Shown one piece after another: positions 39,121 to 52,090 of a stretch of 64,000 bases of DNA (positions are counted from its first letter, which is position 1; every line of letters begins with the position of its first letter). Location: the NCBI GenBank assembly GCA_964016885.1, contig OZ024740.1, positions 391,530,001 through 391,594,000 on the forward strand, written 5' to 3'. Made by a program: the position numbers and the translations under genes. The DNA comes from Eledone cirrhosa. Taxonomy: Eukaryota. Under the pieces are notes generated by a model, which saw nothing but the letters and a program-made list of their open reading frames with translations, made no database searches and had not been told where the DNA came from.

Positions 39121-41734
39121 ATCTTGTTACACAATGCCCATCTATAAAATGGTATCATTATATTTTTCTTATTGCTGTTCCGTAATAGTTTTCACCTCTT
39201 GAAATCAGCATGTCTTAGATGCGTGTTGTATAAGCACACGCATATAATGAACTTCAAAGTTGCACTTCCCCATTCGGGTTCTCTCTTTGTGTCAAAGTGT
39301 TTTCATTGGTACGCACTAGAGTTTCTCGCCGTCCTCCGTCTGTTTTAATTCATTTTAGACTTGCCGGTTAAATGCTTCTTATCTCGGATAATTCCTTTCT
39401 CTATTTTGTGTTAAGACTAAAATAATTTAATATATTATAACTCATCTCATCATACACTTGTATTTGTTAGTTTTGAGCCTGCTTATTTTGAAAAGATAAT
39501 GATAAATATACTATAATTGGAGTGAATGTTAATTGGAAGTTAAGTGAATTAAAGAGATTTGACAGAATAAATATAAAACTACTAATAGTGATCCGAAGTA
39601 ACAGCTCAAGAGCTGATTTAGATATGATGTAGCTATTTCACACATACAAGTAGTTCAGGGTTTGATGTAAATAGAGGAGTACTACAATGTAACTGAAATG
39701 GTATTAAATATATATTTAGAAGCAATCAAATGAAAGCTGTAAAGTATGAAGTAGAAACTAACCACATAAACGACGCAGTTTTAGATAAGGAGAGGACAAT
39801 AGAAAGAGGTTATAAAACAAAAAAACAAGAAGAAAGTTCTGAAATATATTCAAGAAAAACTTGAAACAGAAACCTCACTATAACCAATCTCTTTGAAGAT
39901 TTGACAATGAGAATGTGGGCCAAACTGGCCAAAAATATTTAGGCTAATCTTAAAATGGAACGTATTTCTGCACATATTGAATAAACTGTGTGGACAATGC
40001 AATGAGTACAGTGAGAACTTTGACTTTGACGTGAGAACGAAGATGTCTTAAGCATGTACCAAACGAAATACTTGATAAACATATACAAGGAGAGGTTGAA
40101 GAATCCATAGGTTGACTATGAAGGAGTGATGTAAGCGCTGTAAAACCTTGCATGCATTCATTTAAACTCTTTTTAATAATAACTGAATTGTTTCTTTCTA
40201 AGGTCATTTGGTCATTCCATGAGAGTATCTTGGTCAGCCTATGAATTTTTCAGCCGATCCTTGTATAAAGAGAAAAATGTAACCCACACACCTACACAAA
40301 AACAAATAATTGAAAGACACCCCGTATAAATATCTATGAGGAATTGTTTTCCAATCGTTATAATGTATATTCTAAAGATTGTTTGGTGTATTTTAATGGG
40401 AATTTGCCTGCCAGATGCTTTCTTGTTGGCTCGACATCTACAAGATTTTGTGTTTTGTTGATACAATGCTGCATGTGTTGAGTGTAACACCGAATATGGA
40501 TTGCTTCAATCAACAATTACACAATCTCGCAGTCTTTTACTCGTTGTTTCTTACTCTCTTTAACTTTCTATAGCAATATATCATAAACACACGCGTGCGT
40601 GCACGCACACAAAGTATATAATAAAATATATTGTGCTTTGAGGCACACCATCTTAAAAGGACTGACATCTTAAGAAAAAATAGCCGCAGTAATTAGATGT
40701 ACGACAATTCTTTATTGTTTTACACCTTGAAGAATACTAAGATGTTATATGTTCTAATATTTACTTGCTGAAACATCGTTTATTTCACAAGTGTTTTGAC
40801 AGCTTTTACTGTTAAGAAGGAATATCGTTAATTGTATATTCAAGGTGAATGGTTCCCGAAAAACTAAGTTCATTCCTGGGTTTCTATTTCCATTTTTAGT
40901 AGCCTTGGTATAGACATAAGTTTTATTGCTTTCATCTCTTGCATGGATTTGCTTTAATTCTAATCTGAAATTGACAACAGGGAACTACAAAAACATACAC
41001 TGCGTTAAGGTGCCATGTCATTATTTGAAGTCTGACATACACATAATATTACCTGTCCTATGATAAAATTAGATAGAATTACATTTGTAGATAACCCTAT
41101 AATTCTATATAGAATTTCACGCAAGATAAAGTGGGTAACTAAGGAGGCTTTACTAGTGCCAGTTTATTAAACACAAATACAACATACATGAAACCAATTA
41201 TAACTGCCATGCTTCAATCGTTGAGAATTTCAAGTCATGTGTATTTGATTTCTTACCACTCCCACGATCCTTGTGGCCAATAAGCCACTAGTATGACCAT
41301 TCTAATTCAGAAGAAGCAACTATGAAGGCCTCCAGTCAGACCTGTATTTTTTCATACTATGAGCAAGGAACTAATAAGGAAATGTGAACAACCCTTCATG
41401 AATCTGAGCAATACAGATGTGTTTCAATATAACATGTTTGGTTGCGTTCCTATTACACTAATGCTTTATTGACTACTTATATGCCATTTTTAAGCCTTAT
41501 CCTTCAGTCAGGAAAAGACAAAATTTGAGTTTTGGAAGTATGTTAGCATTTAGTATAGTGCTACAATGCAATTCCCTTCCTAAGGCAACTTCGACTATTT
41601 TATTGTCAAACACGCGTTTGGCAGTTTTCCATGAGCTGACATACTTTGAAAATTTCTGTTTGTTCAACACTACGATATATATATATATATATGTAAGTAT
41701 GTTTTGAAACAGTGAGCGAGTTTGAAATAAGAAA

Positions 41735-41924
41735 ATATATAGCTTTCACCGTATTTTTAACTAAAGGAATTTTAGCTTGATAACGGGGTTTAGAACCCTC
41801 AGATAAATGGAAAAAGATGAGTATTGACGTACATGTACGTCAATACTCATCTTTTTCCATTTATCTGAGGGTTCTAAACCCCGTTATCAAGCTAAAATTC
41901 CTTTAGTTAAAAATACGGTGAAAG

Positions 41925-41932
<8 letters not shown>
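41735..41932. repeat. 198-bp perfect spacerless palindrome
   Basis: Symmetric about 41833/41834 (gacgtaca|tgtacgtc). Unpaired ~45 bp tail on the left and (TA)n on both sides. Confidence 0.9.
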
Positions 41933-41979
<47 letters not shown>

Positions 41980-42186
41980 TTTCGCTGTTGCTGTCGTTGT
42001 TGTTGTTGGTGTAGCTGTTGTCTTAATGTGGCTATCGACAAAATATATACGCCACCCTCCCTCAGAGCTCCATTTATTACTTCCACTATCTACTGGGCTC
42101 TGACTACACACAAATTTCGTTTTTTTATTATTTTCTCAAGGTCTATTATTTTCTCAAATATTTTTACTGATTTTTATAGCGATTTC

Positions 42187-42232
<46 letters not shown>

Positions 42233-42754
42233 CGATAAATATTCCGCTACGGCCGACGCGAAGCGCTAGTTTTGGTTATTTGTCGGAGATTCCTTCATAG
42301 AAGCCTCATTCGTATAGCCTGGTCTATTCGATTTTTTATATAGTTAATTATGCTAATTGGGAGAGGAAATAGTATATATTTTATCTTGTGATTCTATAGA
42401 CATGTTTTATGATATATAGCTCTGATTGTTTAACTTATTAATTTTTCATTGAGCCACAAAGTGACCAGTTGCAAAACACGTATATGTATGTGTATGTATA
42501 TATATATATCTTTTACCTGTTTCAGCCATCCGGCTGAGGCCATGCTGCGGCACCTTTTATATGTAATAATCTCCCACTAGGTTGAGATACAAATTTGACT
42601 ATATTGTGCTGTGCTTTCTAGCAAAAATGCCACCAGTCGTAAGCACTACCACACCCCTTCCAACTTGACCGCGACTACGTCACGATTTTTAGCCATTTTG
42701 AAATGAATTCTTGGCGCGATCGCTTTGGAAAATTTAATGTCTAGATATGAGCGA

Positions 42755-42842
42755 GCTTCCTGAAGAATCCGGCGCTCGAGTTTATATAATTATTACATAA
42801 TTATTGGAAAACTCAAAACACGGACGAAACCATGGTAGAGGT
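42755..42842 (+). ncRNA. Type I hammerhead ribozyme, unit 1
   Basis: GCUUC-CUGAAGA-a-UCCG..GAGUUU..AAACUC..CGGA-c-GAAA-CCAUGG-UA^GAGGU. Predicted cut after 42837. Confidence 0.8.
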
Positions 42843-43413
42843 ATTTAAATGTATTCTATTTTCTCCTAGTTTATTTTAAACTTAATTCTGTTTAGTTGAC
42901 TATATCTAGGCGATTACGCTGTCGAAATATTCGATAAATATTCCGCTACGGCCGACGCGAAGCTCTAGTTTTGGTTATTTGTCGGAGATTCCTTCATAGA
43001 AGCCTCATTCGTATAGCCTGGTTTATTCGATTTTTTATATAGTTAATTATGCTAATTGGGAGAGGAAATAGTATATATTTCATCTTGTGATTCTATAGAC
43101 ATGTTTTATGATATATAGCTCTGATTGTTTAATTTATTAATTTTTCATTGAGCCACAAAGTGACCAGTTGCAAAACACGTATATGTATGTGTATGTATAT
43201 ATATATGTAAACTTTTATATGTAATAATCTCCCACTAGGTTGAGATACAAATTTGACTGTATTGTGCTGTGCTTTCTAGCAAAAATGACACCAGTCGTCA
43301 GCAACTACCACACCCCTTCCAACTTGACCGCGACTACGTCACGATTTTTAGCCATTTTGAAATGAATTCTTGGCGCGATCGCTTTGGAAAATTTAATGTC
43401 TAGATATGAGCGA

Positions 43414-43501
43414 GCTTCCTGAAGAATCCGGCGCTCGAGTTTATATAATTATTACATAATTATTGGAAAACTCAAAACACGGACGAAACCATGGTAGAGG
43501 T
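43414..43501 (+). ncRNA. Type I hammerhead ribozyme, unit 2
   Basis: Same sequence as unit 1. Predicted cut after 43496. Confidence 0.8.
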
Positions 43502-43767
43502 ATTTAAATGTATTCTATTTTCTCCTAGTTTATTTTAAACCTAATTCTGTTTAGTTGACTATATCTAGGCGATTACGCTGTCGAAATATTCGATAAATAT
43601 TCCGCTACGGCCGACGCGAAGCGCTAGTTTTGGTTATTTGTCGGAGATTCCTTCATAGAAGCCTCATTCGTATAGCCTGGTCTATTCGATTTTTTATATA
43701 GTTAATTATACTAATTGGGAGAGGAAATAGTATATATTTTATCTTGTGATTCTATAGACATGTTTTA

Positions 43768-43810
<43 letters not shown>

Positions 43811-43816
<6 letters not shown>

Positions 43817-44042
43817 ATAAAATAACAGATTAAAGTTTAAGCAAAGAATCGCTGCATTCACCCTTAACGGGATCTTTTGAAACGAGTTTCAGAAGATCCC
43901 GTTAAGGGTGAAAGCACCGATTCTTTGCTTAAACTTTAATCTGTTATTTTAATAAATATTTGCTCTACGGTTCTTATATATTTGATATATATTTATCCTT
44001 ATCGAGCTCTATTTGGATTTTAGTCTTCAAATTTATTATTAT

Positions 44043-44047
<5 letters not shown>
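43811..44047 (+). mobile_element. Solo fold-back pLTR of the PLE family at 55553-58977
   Basis: Palindrome 43811-43958. 43885-44047 matches the reverse complement of 58745-58907 and contains the variant HHR at 43885-43935. Confidence 0.85.
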
Positions 44048-44110
<63 letters not shown>

Positions 44111-44116
<6 letters not shown>

Positions 44117-44668
44117 ATACTTGGGGAGGGTCATATTTGTGTAATATTGCCAGAATTAATAACAGAACACACTCACTGTTTGGTTGGTTTTCGCTTTTCG
44201 CTTCTGTGTCTTTTATATCGGTTAATTTAATTTATTCGGCCTCAATGTTGCCATTGACTGACCAACGGTCAAAAATACAGATACAATATAGACACAACAC
44301 ATATATATAGTCTATCAAAGTTCTTTCGCTGCACATCTGCAACATCGTCAGTGGTGCAACGGAAGGAAACAATAGCACCACTGACGATGTTGCAGATGTG
44401 CAACGAAAGAACTTTGATAGACTATATATATATGTGTTTGTGTCTATATTGTATCTGTATTTTTGACCGTTGGTCAGTCAATGGTAACATTGAGGATCGA
44501 ATAAATTAAATTAACCGATATAAAAGACACAGAAGCGAAAAGCGAAAACCAACCAAACAGTGAGTGTGTTCTGTTATTAATTCTGGCAATATTACACAAA
44601 TATGACCCTCCCCAAGTATAACAATATTTGTTTCGACACACGATTTCATATAAAAAACCTCGCAAAAC
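44111..44668 (+). mobile_element. Non-coding fold-back element with a hammerhead in each arm
   Basis: Arms 44111-44357 and 44375-44627 plus a tail. CUGACGA-u-GUUGCA(gaug)UGCAAC-GAAA-GAAC-UU at 44377-44418 (+) and a near-mirror copy at 44314-44355 (-); stem I is imperfect. Partial copy at 49857-50017. Confidence 0.8.
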
Positions 44669-44690
44669 TATATATATATATATATATATA

Positions 44691-45150
44691 TATCAAAATG
44701 AAAATCCGAAGGCAAGGTAAAATTCCAATCATTTAATCACGACACATATTTCAATAAGAGATAGATCGATTGTGAAGCCATGATCGATTATCACTGATCT
44801 CATCAGGTGAAAATGAATTGTCTTCAAATTCTTGATACGAGGGAGAAAAAATAACAATGTTCTCTCACAGAATTCATTCCCTCATATGGAGACACACCAG
44901 TCAGTCAGAGACATGGCGACTGCTATTAGCTTTAGTTGAGGTCATAAAAGTTTTCAGATTTCTATCGCTGCAAAAGACGCTGGACATCAATCAAATCTGT
45001 AGGGATACAGTCAGTCACAGTTAAAAGTGAGTGGGTAGACACACACTCCACACCTACATACATCGGCTCGAGGTCAAAGAAAAATATATACATATATATA
45101 CACACATCAACACAGTATTAAACCTGTAGAATTAGCGTGGGTGGGTACAC
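44691..45150 (-). mobile_element. Non-coding PLE pLTR/3'UTR-like element with hammerhead (44737-44810, minus)
   Basis: Near-identical to 49056-49457 and to the reverse complement of 49459-49747. Confidence 0.75.
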
Positions 45151-47009
45151 ACCAACTTTCACACACACCGGAGCGATGTCCGAGAAAAAACAAATATGAT
45201 AAAACAAATATAAGAATGTACCAACACAGCACTCACCGAAAGTTAGTTCACAAAGCAACAGAAGCAATGTCGGTCAAATCTCAATTTGACGATGTAAATT
45301 GGAAATATTGGGTTAACCAACGCCCCACACATACACACACACAGACACACACACGCGCGCGTGCGCAAGTAAGTTCAGTTCAGTGTTCTGCTATACGTGT
45401 ATAGATCGAATTGTAACGTCCATATCTTCAAGTGTATGTTATGGTATATACACATCCGAATCGTCCAAAAAATGGTATGTCCGGGTATATACACATCCAT
45501 GTATATATATATACGTATGTGTGTGTGTATCTTCTTTGTTAAATTACAAATTTCTTTCAGGATTTTGAATTTTATAAACATATTTATTGTTGTTTAATTA
45601 TCCTTAATTTGTCTCAATATTTTGATAAAATTCTGATTATTTTCATATTAATTAATCATTTATAACCTCAAATATGATTATTAAAGTAATATCATAAAAA
45701 CTGTTCTTGTAATGACATTATATTTCAATGTTATTTTAGTTTCAATGTTTTTTTATCCCTCAAAATAATTTATTTTTTGTCAGAGAACATCTATCTACAT
45801 ACCCTTTCACCAACACGCATTTTTCTCAATTTAAAATATCTTTCGCAATATTGTTAACTTTTTTTAATGTTTGATTTTAATATATTGTAATTATTATTTT
45901 TGTCTTCTTGTTCCTATTTTCTTTCCATTTTTCCTCTTACCCATTTCTTTTGCATCAATCGATCAATACTAAACATAAATATAGAAATAAGTAAATAAAT
46001 TATGCAATTCCAACATTGTCTTGGTTGTTTCTCTGTCATTCATTTATTATTTAATTTTCATTACGTCTTATTAAATCAGGTTTGCTGATTCTTAAATATT
46101 GCTATATCTTAATACACTTCGACACTATGAATTCATGGAAAATTAATTTTCTAGGTGTGATCTTTCTTCTGTTATATATTAACGTTTTCCTATAGAATGC
46201 ATTATGAAAAAAAAAGCTCTCGTTAAACGAGACACTATAATCTACTGACAAGAATATCTGCGAACATCATCTGTTCCAGCAGTTCAATAACTGCGGAATT
46301 GTTATGGTTGGTTGTAAGGATTAACATACTGAAAACCTGGGAAGAACGAAATTGAGACTGACACGTTCAGAAACCATTGTTTGATGTTTTCAGAAAGACT
46401 GCATTTCTTATAATCTCTCCAAAACAGATGAGGATATATAAACGGATTCCAGGGAATGTAACTACTTAGAAGCACATCCTAAAAGGCAATGGAATGTCTA
46501 TTATAAAGGATATAACAATCGATTTAATGGATGCATATTATAATGCAATTTACATGGTTGCGAATATACTAGGAATATTTCATACAAACAAGCCTCATTG
46601 TAATTCATATGATATCTAATTGATAAGATATAATACGCGATATGACAAAGGATGCAGTATGCATTGTAAGTTTTACAACTCACACAACAACAAAAACAGT
46701 ATTAAGAGATATAAGTGCTAATATAAAATGTATTATTTTATTCTTATCCTGGTTTCAGTCTTTCAATTGCGGTCATGCCGGGTTACCAACAACAATACTT
46801 TCAATGAATTATATGAACATCAATATTTAGTTTACTATATTATTTAGCGAATACTTTTGTTCAGCTACTCAGTTACATCCTTGGTGTAAATACCCAGAAG
46901 TATTTACACTGATTTATATGTTTATACACAATGGCCAATGTAGTCATTCCGAGGAATGGGGCGAGTCCGCAGCTAAACATATATATAGTTTACGTCTCAA
47001 ACTGTCTCT

Positions 47010-48540
47010 AACAATGAAGACCAACTCCTGGCTCAGTCTCAAGGTTTGGCGGAACAGTATCCCCTAACATGCGAAAGAGAAAAGTGGGTGCCGTTGTCGA
47101 ACAAACAGTGATTTGAATTGATGGAATTCGTCAGCTGAGGAAATCAATCTAAGTTACGGACAAATCTGTTTAAAGGATTATATGCGAAAGAATTCAGGCA
47201 TCATTTGAAACAAGCAACATCTGTGTAATGTACAAAGGATTAAGAAAGTCATCGGCTCATCCAAGAGTAAGTTAGCACTACTGGAGACCGTCAAAGACGA
47301 GCCGATAACGAGGAAGGTGGCGCATTACTGTGAACTCTACTTAACAGGAAACAGCACCACAGACAGTGGCCTGTCATGGAAGAACTAGATACGGTAGAAT
47401 GGTTGGGTAAAGCCATTGACAGCTCGACCACTGGTAATACATCAGGCCTAAATTGCACGCCCTCAAGGGACTATCAAGAAGAGGGATCAGTGTCGCATGA
47501 TATGAACGTCTGCAACATTGTCACTCATTGTCACAAACGGTAGAAAAGCCTGAGCCTGTTTAGAATGTAGAGAATCGCTCAAGTATTATATCCCAAGACC
47601 CAGTTTGTCATAATTCTTCACACTTCACGATCTTTACTCTTCGACAACTACAAGAGAAAGGTCAAGAGCAAAGACGTTTCTTTCGTTTACCTCGCGTCTG
47701 CCCGCCCCCTTGTGAGTAGTACTGGTTGTCACGAAGACTCCTCATTATAGTTCAGTCATTATACAACAGCATGAACGGGGTCATTCAAATCGACGGATCC
47801 TCTTCGAAAGCCTTCAACCTCCAAAGCGGTGTGAAGCATCGTGTTAGTCATAATGCTGAAGCACGCTTTTTACGCATCAACTGACGGAACCTCCTTCATC
47901 AGGTGTATTATAAGTACAGATCAGCAGGTGTATTATAAGTACAGCTCCATGATATCCAAACTAACAGATATTTACGGCAGGCAGGCCTGCAGCCTCTATA
48001 CTAGAGAAGAGTAGCGTCTCACCGCTTGAGACGTATACTAGAATTCAAAGTAACTGATTGACTGAAACACAAACAATGAGTATCCAGATGTCACGAACAA
48101 TCCCGTATCCAGATATCCAGTCTCTTTATTTTGATCCAAAACTGACGCCCCCATTGACTGGACAACATACATGGATGCCAAACGGGAGCATTTCAAAAGA
48201 TCTGCTGTAAGGAGAGCCAGCCTATGGCAAGAGACCACAAAGGCGAACCCATCTTCGTTTCAAAGGCGTCTGAAAAATATACGTGATGTGACCGAACATG
48301 AATATCGAAAGATGGGAAAACATTAAAAATGAGAGCTTTCAATGGTGGAAAAGGTATGAGGACAAGAGGAAAGAAAGCTCGACGTTTGATGGATGCTGGA
48401 AAAAGGGAACTCGGCGAAATATGAGTCCTAGGCTAACACAGAGCCTTCAAATGCAGTCGCTGTGGCCAGTGTTGTCCCTAGTGCATGGGCCTCTACGATG
48501 CATGTAGACGTTGCTCTAGCAGCAAGACCAAAGCAGCTAA
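47010..48540 (+). mobile_element. Internally deleted, decayed RTE/BovB-like LINE
   Basis: Fragments read MYKG..HYCELY..MEELD, FNLQSGVK, GKRPQ..HLRFK and FKCSRCGQ, with many stops and frameshifts. Confidence 0.55.
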
Positions 48541-48947
48541 TCTCAGCAAGCTAACGAAACATTTTTAAACTCAATATTCTCGGTGTTTACAGCTGTGTGT
48601 CAGACGACCTACACATTGGATTATATTAATAATTATGTAAAAAGAAATAATTGAACAAAAGGTTAAGTGTGTTAGTTATGTAGACAAAGCACTGATGATA
48701 ATGTGATAAGAAGCGTCAATACTTTGATCAATATTCCCATATTATCGAACTATGCTTCATACCTTCTAACGATTTCTTGACACAGTGTGTGTTAATGTTA
48801 AAACTTTTTATATAATATATTGTATTGGCCATAGAAACACTCTGAATGACACATAATTCCGTAATGCTGACTCCAATCTAAAAAGGCGGTGCCTTAAAAC
48901 ATTTCCTGATAAGTAGCTATTATTAAACACTATTATTATTAGTTCAA

Positions 48948-49055
48948 ATGAGTTCAAATCCCGCCGAGGTTGACTTTGCCTTTCATCCTTACGGGGTCGA
49001 TAAAATAAAGTACCAGTAATGCACTGGCTAATTGCTGGTCTTGTGTCTAAAGTAG
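48948..49055 (+). mobile_element. Truncated SINE (Nin-like core)
   Basis: gagttcaaatcccgccgagg..tttcatccttacggggtcgataaaa. Confidence 0.75.
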
Positions 49056-49800
49056 GTTTCAATAAGAGATAGATCGATTGTGAAGCCATGATCGATTATC
49101 ACTGATCTCATCAGGTGAAAATGAATTTTCTTCAAATTCTTGATATGAGGGAGAAAAAATAACGATGTTCTCTCACAGAATTCATTCCCTCATATGGAGA
49201 CACACCAGTCAGTCAGAGACAAGGCGACTGCTATTAGCTTTGGTTGAGGTCAAAAGTTTTCAGATTTCTATCGCTGCAAAAGACGCTGGACATCAATCAA
49301 ATCTGTAGGGATACAGTCAGTCACAGTTAGAAATGAGTGGGTACACACACATTCCACACCTACATACAACGGCTCGAAGTCAAAGATAAATAAAAATAAA
49401 TATATATACACACATCAACACAGTAGTAAACCCGTAGAATTAGCGTGGGTGGGTACACCGTCTTTTGCAGCGATAGAAGTCTGAAAACTTTTATGACCTC
49501 AACTAAAGCTAATAGCAGTCGCCATGTCTCTGACTGACTGGTGTGTCTCCATATGAGGGAATGAATTCTGTGAGAGAAGATCGTTATTTTTTCTCCCTCA
49601 TATCAAGAATTTGAAGACAATTCATTTTCACCTGATGAGATCAGTGATAATCGATCATGGCTTCACAATCGATCTATCTCTTATTGAAACATGTGTCGTG
49701 ATTAAATGATTGGAATTTTACCTTGCCTTCGGATTTTCATTTTGATACTTATACTCCGTTTTACATCATCTAGCTGTTCCCTCGAATGGAATTGGAGAAC

Positions 49801-49803
<3 letters not shown>
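49056..49803 (+). mobile_element. Fold-back element, same family as 44691-45150
   Basis: Arms 49056-49285 and 49459-49690, with a tail running to (TA)n at ~49804. Confidence 0.8.
49628..49701 (+). ncRNA. Type I hammerhead ribozyme with long stem II
   Basis: UCAC-CUGAUGA-[47-nt imperfect hairpin, GAUAAUCGAU/AUCGAUCUAUC]-GAAA-CAUGUG-UC^GUGA. Confidence 0.75.
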
Positions 49804-49861
<58 letters not shown>

Positions 49862-50013
49862 ATACTTGGGGAGGGTCATATTTGTGTAATATTGCCAGAA
49901 TTAATAACAGAACACACTCACTGTTTGGCTTGTTTTCGCTTCTCGCTTCTGTGTCTTATATATCGGTAATCTAATTACTCGGTCCTCAATGTTGCCATTG
50001 ACTGACCGATGGT

Positions 50014-50125
<112 letters not shown>

Positions 50126-51576
50126 CTAACAGTTTAGTCCAGCGTTGCTCGGGTTTGTTCATTTGCTATGAAAAGTTACATACAGGTAAACGTGGCTTGA
50201 AAGCGAATAAGCTTATCAATTAAGTGCATAAAGCAGTTGAACCGGTTATTAAAAGTTACGAACCAATTAGCATTTTGGACAATCAATGATGGGTTAATAA
50301 TCTTCCAATACCGAATTTAGTAGACCAAAGTTGCAAGATGGTGGCCCTGATGCCGCTGGGTGTCAGATCTGTCCGCCATGGGATACCCTACCAGGAAATA
50401 GTGTTCCAGACGGCATAGCTCCAACACCTGCACCAACATCTATAGCACCTCTTTGTAGACGATATTGCGTGTCATCCCTTGAGGAGTGTAAGCAAATAGT
50501 CCATTCCTTCTGCCTACGCGGGAACAGGCAACATAAAGTTGGCCATGGGAGAAATATGGCTCCCCCAAATGGATGCCCGCCACCGACAATGTTTGCCCTT
50601 GTGACTTGTTAATGGACATGGCAAAACATGGTCTCACCGGGAACTGGGATCGCCAGAAATCGAACGGGATATCTGACGCCGAGGGGAAAAGGTTCATCCT
50701 TGGAATGAAAACATTCTCCCCTCTTCCGCACCCCGTTACAATGGTGGCCTCAATCAAGTGGGGCGTCAGTGACTTGACGACCATGCGAGTACCTTTGCAC
50801 TGCTTTGGTGGACGGAAGTTCCTTATTAGCATAATGGGATAGCCAACCCTAAGCTTAATAATGTGAGGTGGGATCCCTGGGAGCTCAAGGGAATTTAATA
50901 ACTCAACCGGATAATTAACGATATCTCGATAGATTTGAAGATGTGCTCTTTACCGGGAATCTTCTCAATCAGCTGCTCGTTAATAAAATTAACCATGGTA
51001 TTTTTCGGAGGAAGGATGGCTATTTCGCTGAGCCAATCGAGGTTGTTAAAGTTAGATGAGACATCAGGAAAAACTGCTTCCCAAACGTCAGAAGGGCTGC
51101 TCACAATGTTGCACAGGGAGTCGATTGCTATGCCGCCCTTGTCATCCGCTGGGACCTTGCCCTCACCAGGTGCTAAAATGTTCTGAGCAAATGCTGCAGA
51201 CATGTTGTCACCATGCAAATGAGCACGCATATTTGTGCTCAGGTACAAACTCTTCACCTGGAGTCACAACATGGACGACTTAAGGCAGGCACGGACTTCA
51301 TCAGCTCTTGTCCCTTTGGGGATGACAAGCAGCGTTTGCCGAAAATTCCCTGATAGCAGAAGGGTTACGCCACCCATAGGAGCCGTAGAATCCCTAATGT
51401 CTTTCAGGGTCCCGACCAATGCCTCAAGGGCACCCTTGTGTGCCATTGTGCACTCATCCCAAACAATGAGGCAACATCTTTTGAGAACCAGAGCTTTGTG
51501 TGAATTCCTGCTGATATTGCATGTTGGTGTCTCAGTTTTTACTAAATCCAAAGGGAGTTTAAAGGTTGAATGTGCT
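50126..51576 (-). mobile_element. Inverted 3' half of the Helitron (Pif1 helicase pseudogene + 3' terminus)
   Basis: Reverse complement of 54052-55522 with scattered differences. IVWDECTM, FAMSINKSQGQT, HGQLYVACSR. Confidence 0.9.
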
Positions 51577-52090
51577 ATATATCTATCTATATATCTATAT
51601 ATATAAATCTGAGGATGTGTGTGTTAAGGTTTGTAACGTATGCACGTCCACAAGTTCCAACGGATTCTATTCAAAGTCGGGAGAATTATTGCGTTTGGTC
51701 AGGAAACGGTCATGAGGCAAAGAAATTTCAAATCCATCAACAATAAGGGCAAAAATCGATCATGATCATTCCCCCTCTCTATAATTTAACTGCTTTGCTA
51801 TCTCTGTCGCTCTTCACTCCCTATATGACAACACTGTAGAGAGAGAAACAGTGCGTATGATCAAATGGAGCGTTCCGTATATTCCCTCTCTCTATAATTT
51901 AACTGCTTTACTCTCTCCGTCGCTCTTCACTCCCTATATGACAACACTGCAGTGGAGCGTTCCGTATTGAGCGTTCCATATTGAGCGTTCCGTATTTACA
52001 TACGGCTTATCTGGAGCATTTTCAATCGGCTTATTGCAAATAACAACCCGCAAAATAACACTTCATATAACATATTAATGCTATAGACAT

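Larger units (their letters stand above)
42230..43769 (+). mobile_element. Tandem array (~2.3 units of ~660-700 bp) of a non-coding hammerhead-bearing repeat, retrozyme-like
   Basis: Units restart (attcgataaatattccgctacggccgacgcg) at ~42230, ~42929 and ~43588. One HHR per full unit, no long ORF, (TA)n on both sides. Confidence 0.88.

Noticed and set aside
37400-41650. Unique-looking AT-rich sequence that might hold host exons or old transposon remnants
   Set aside because: No ORF with recognisable motifs and no supportable splice structure; needs BLASTx or RNA-seq.
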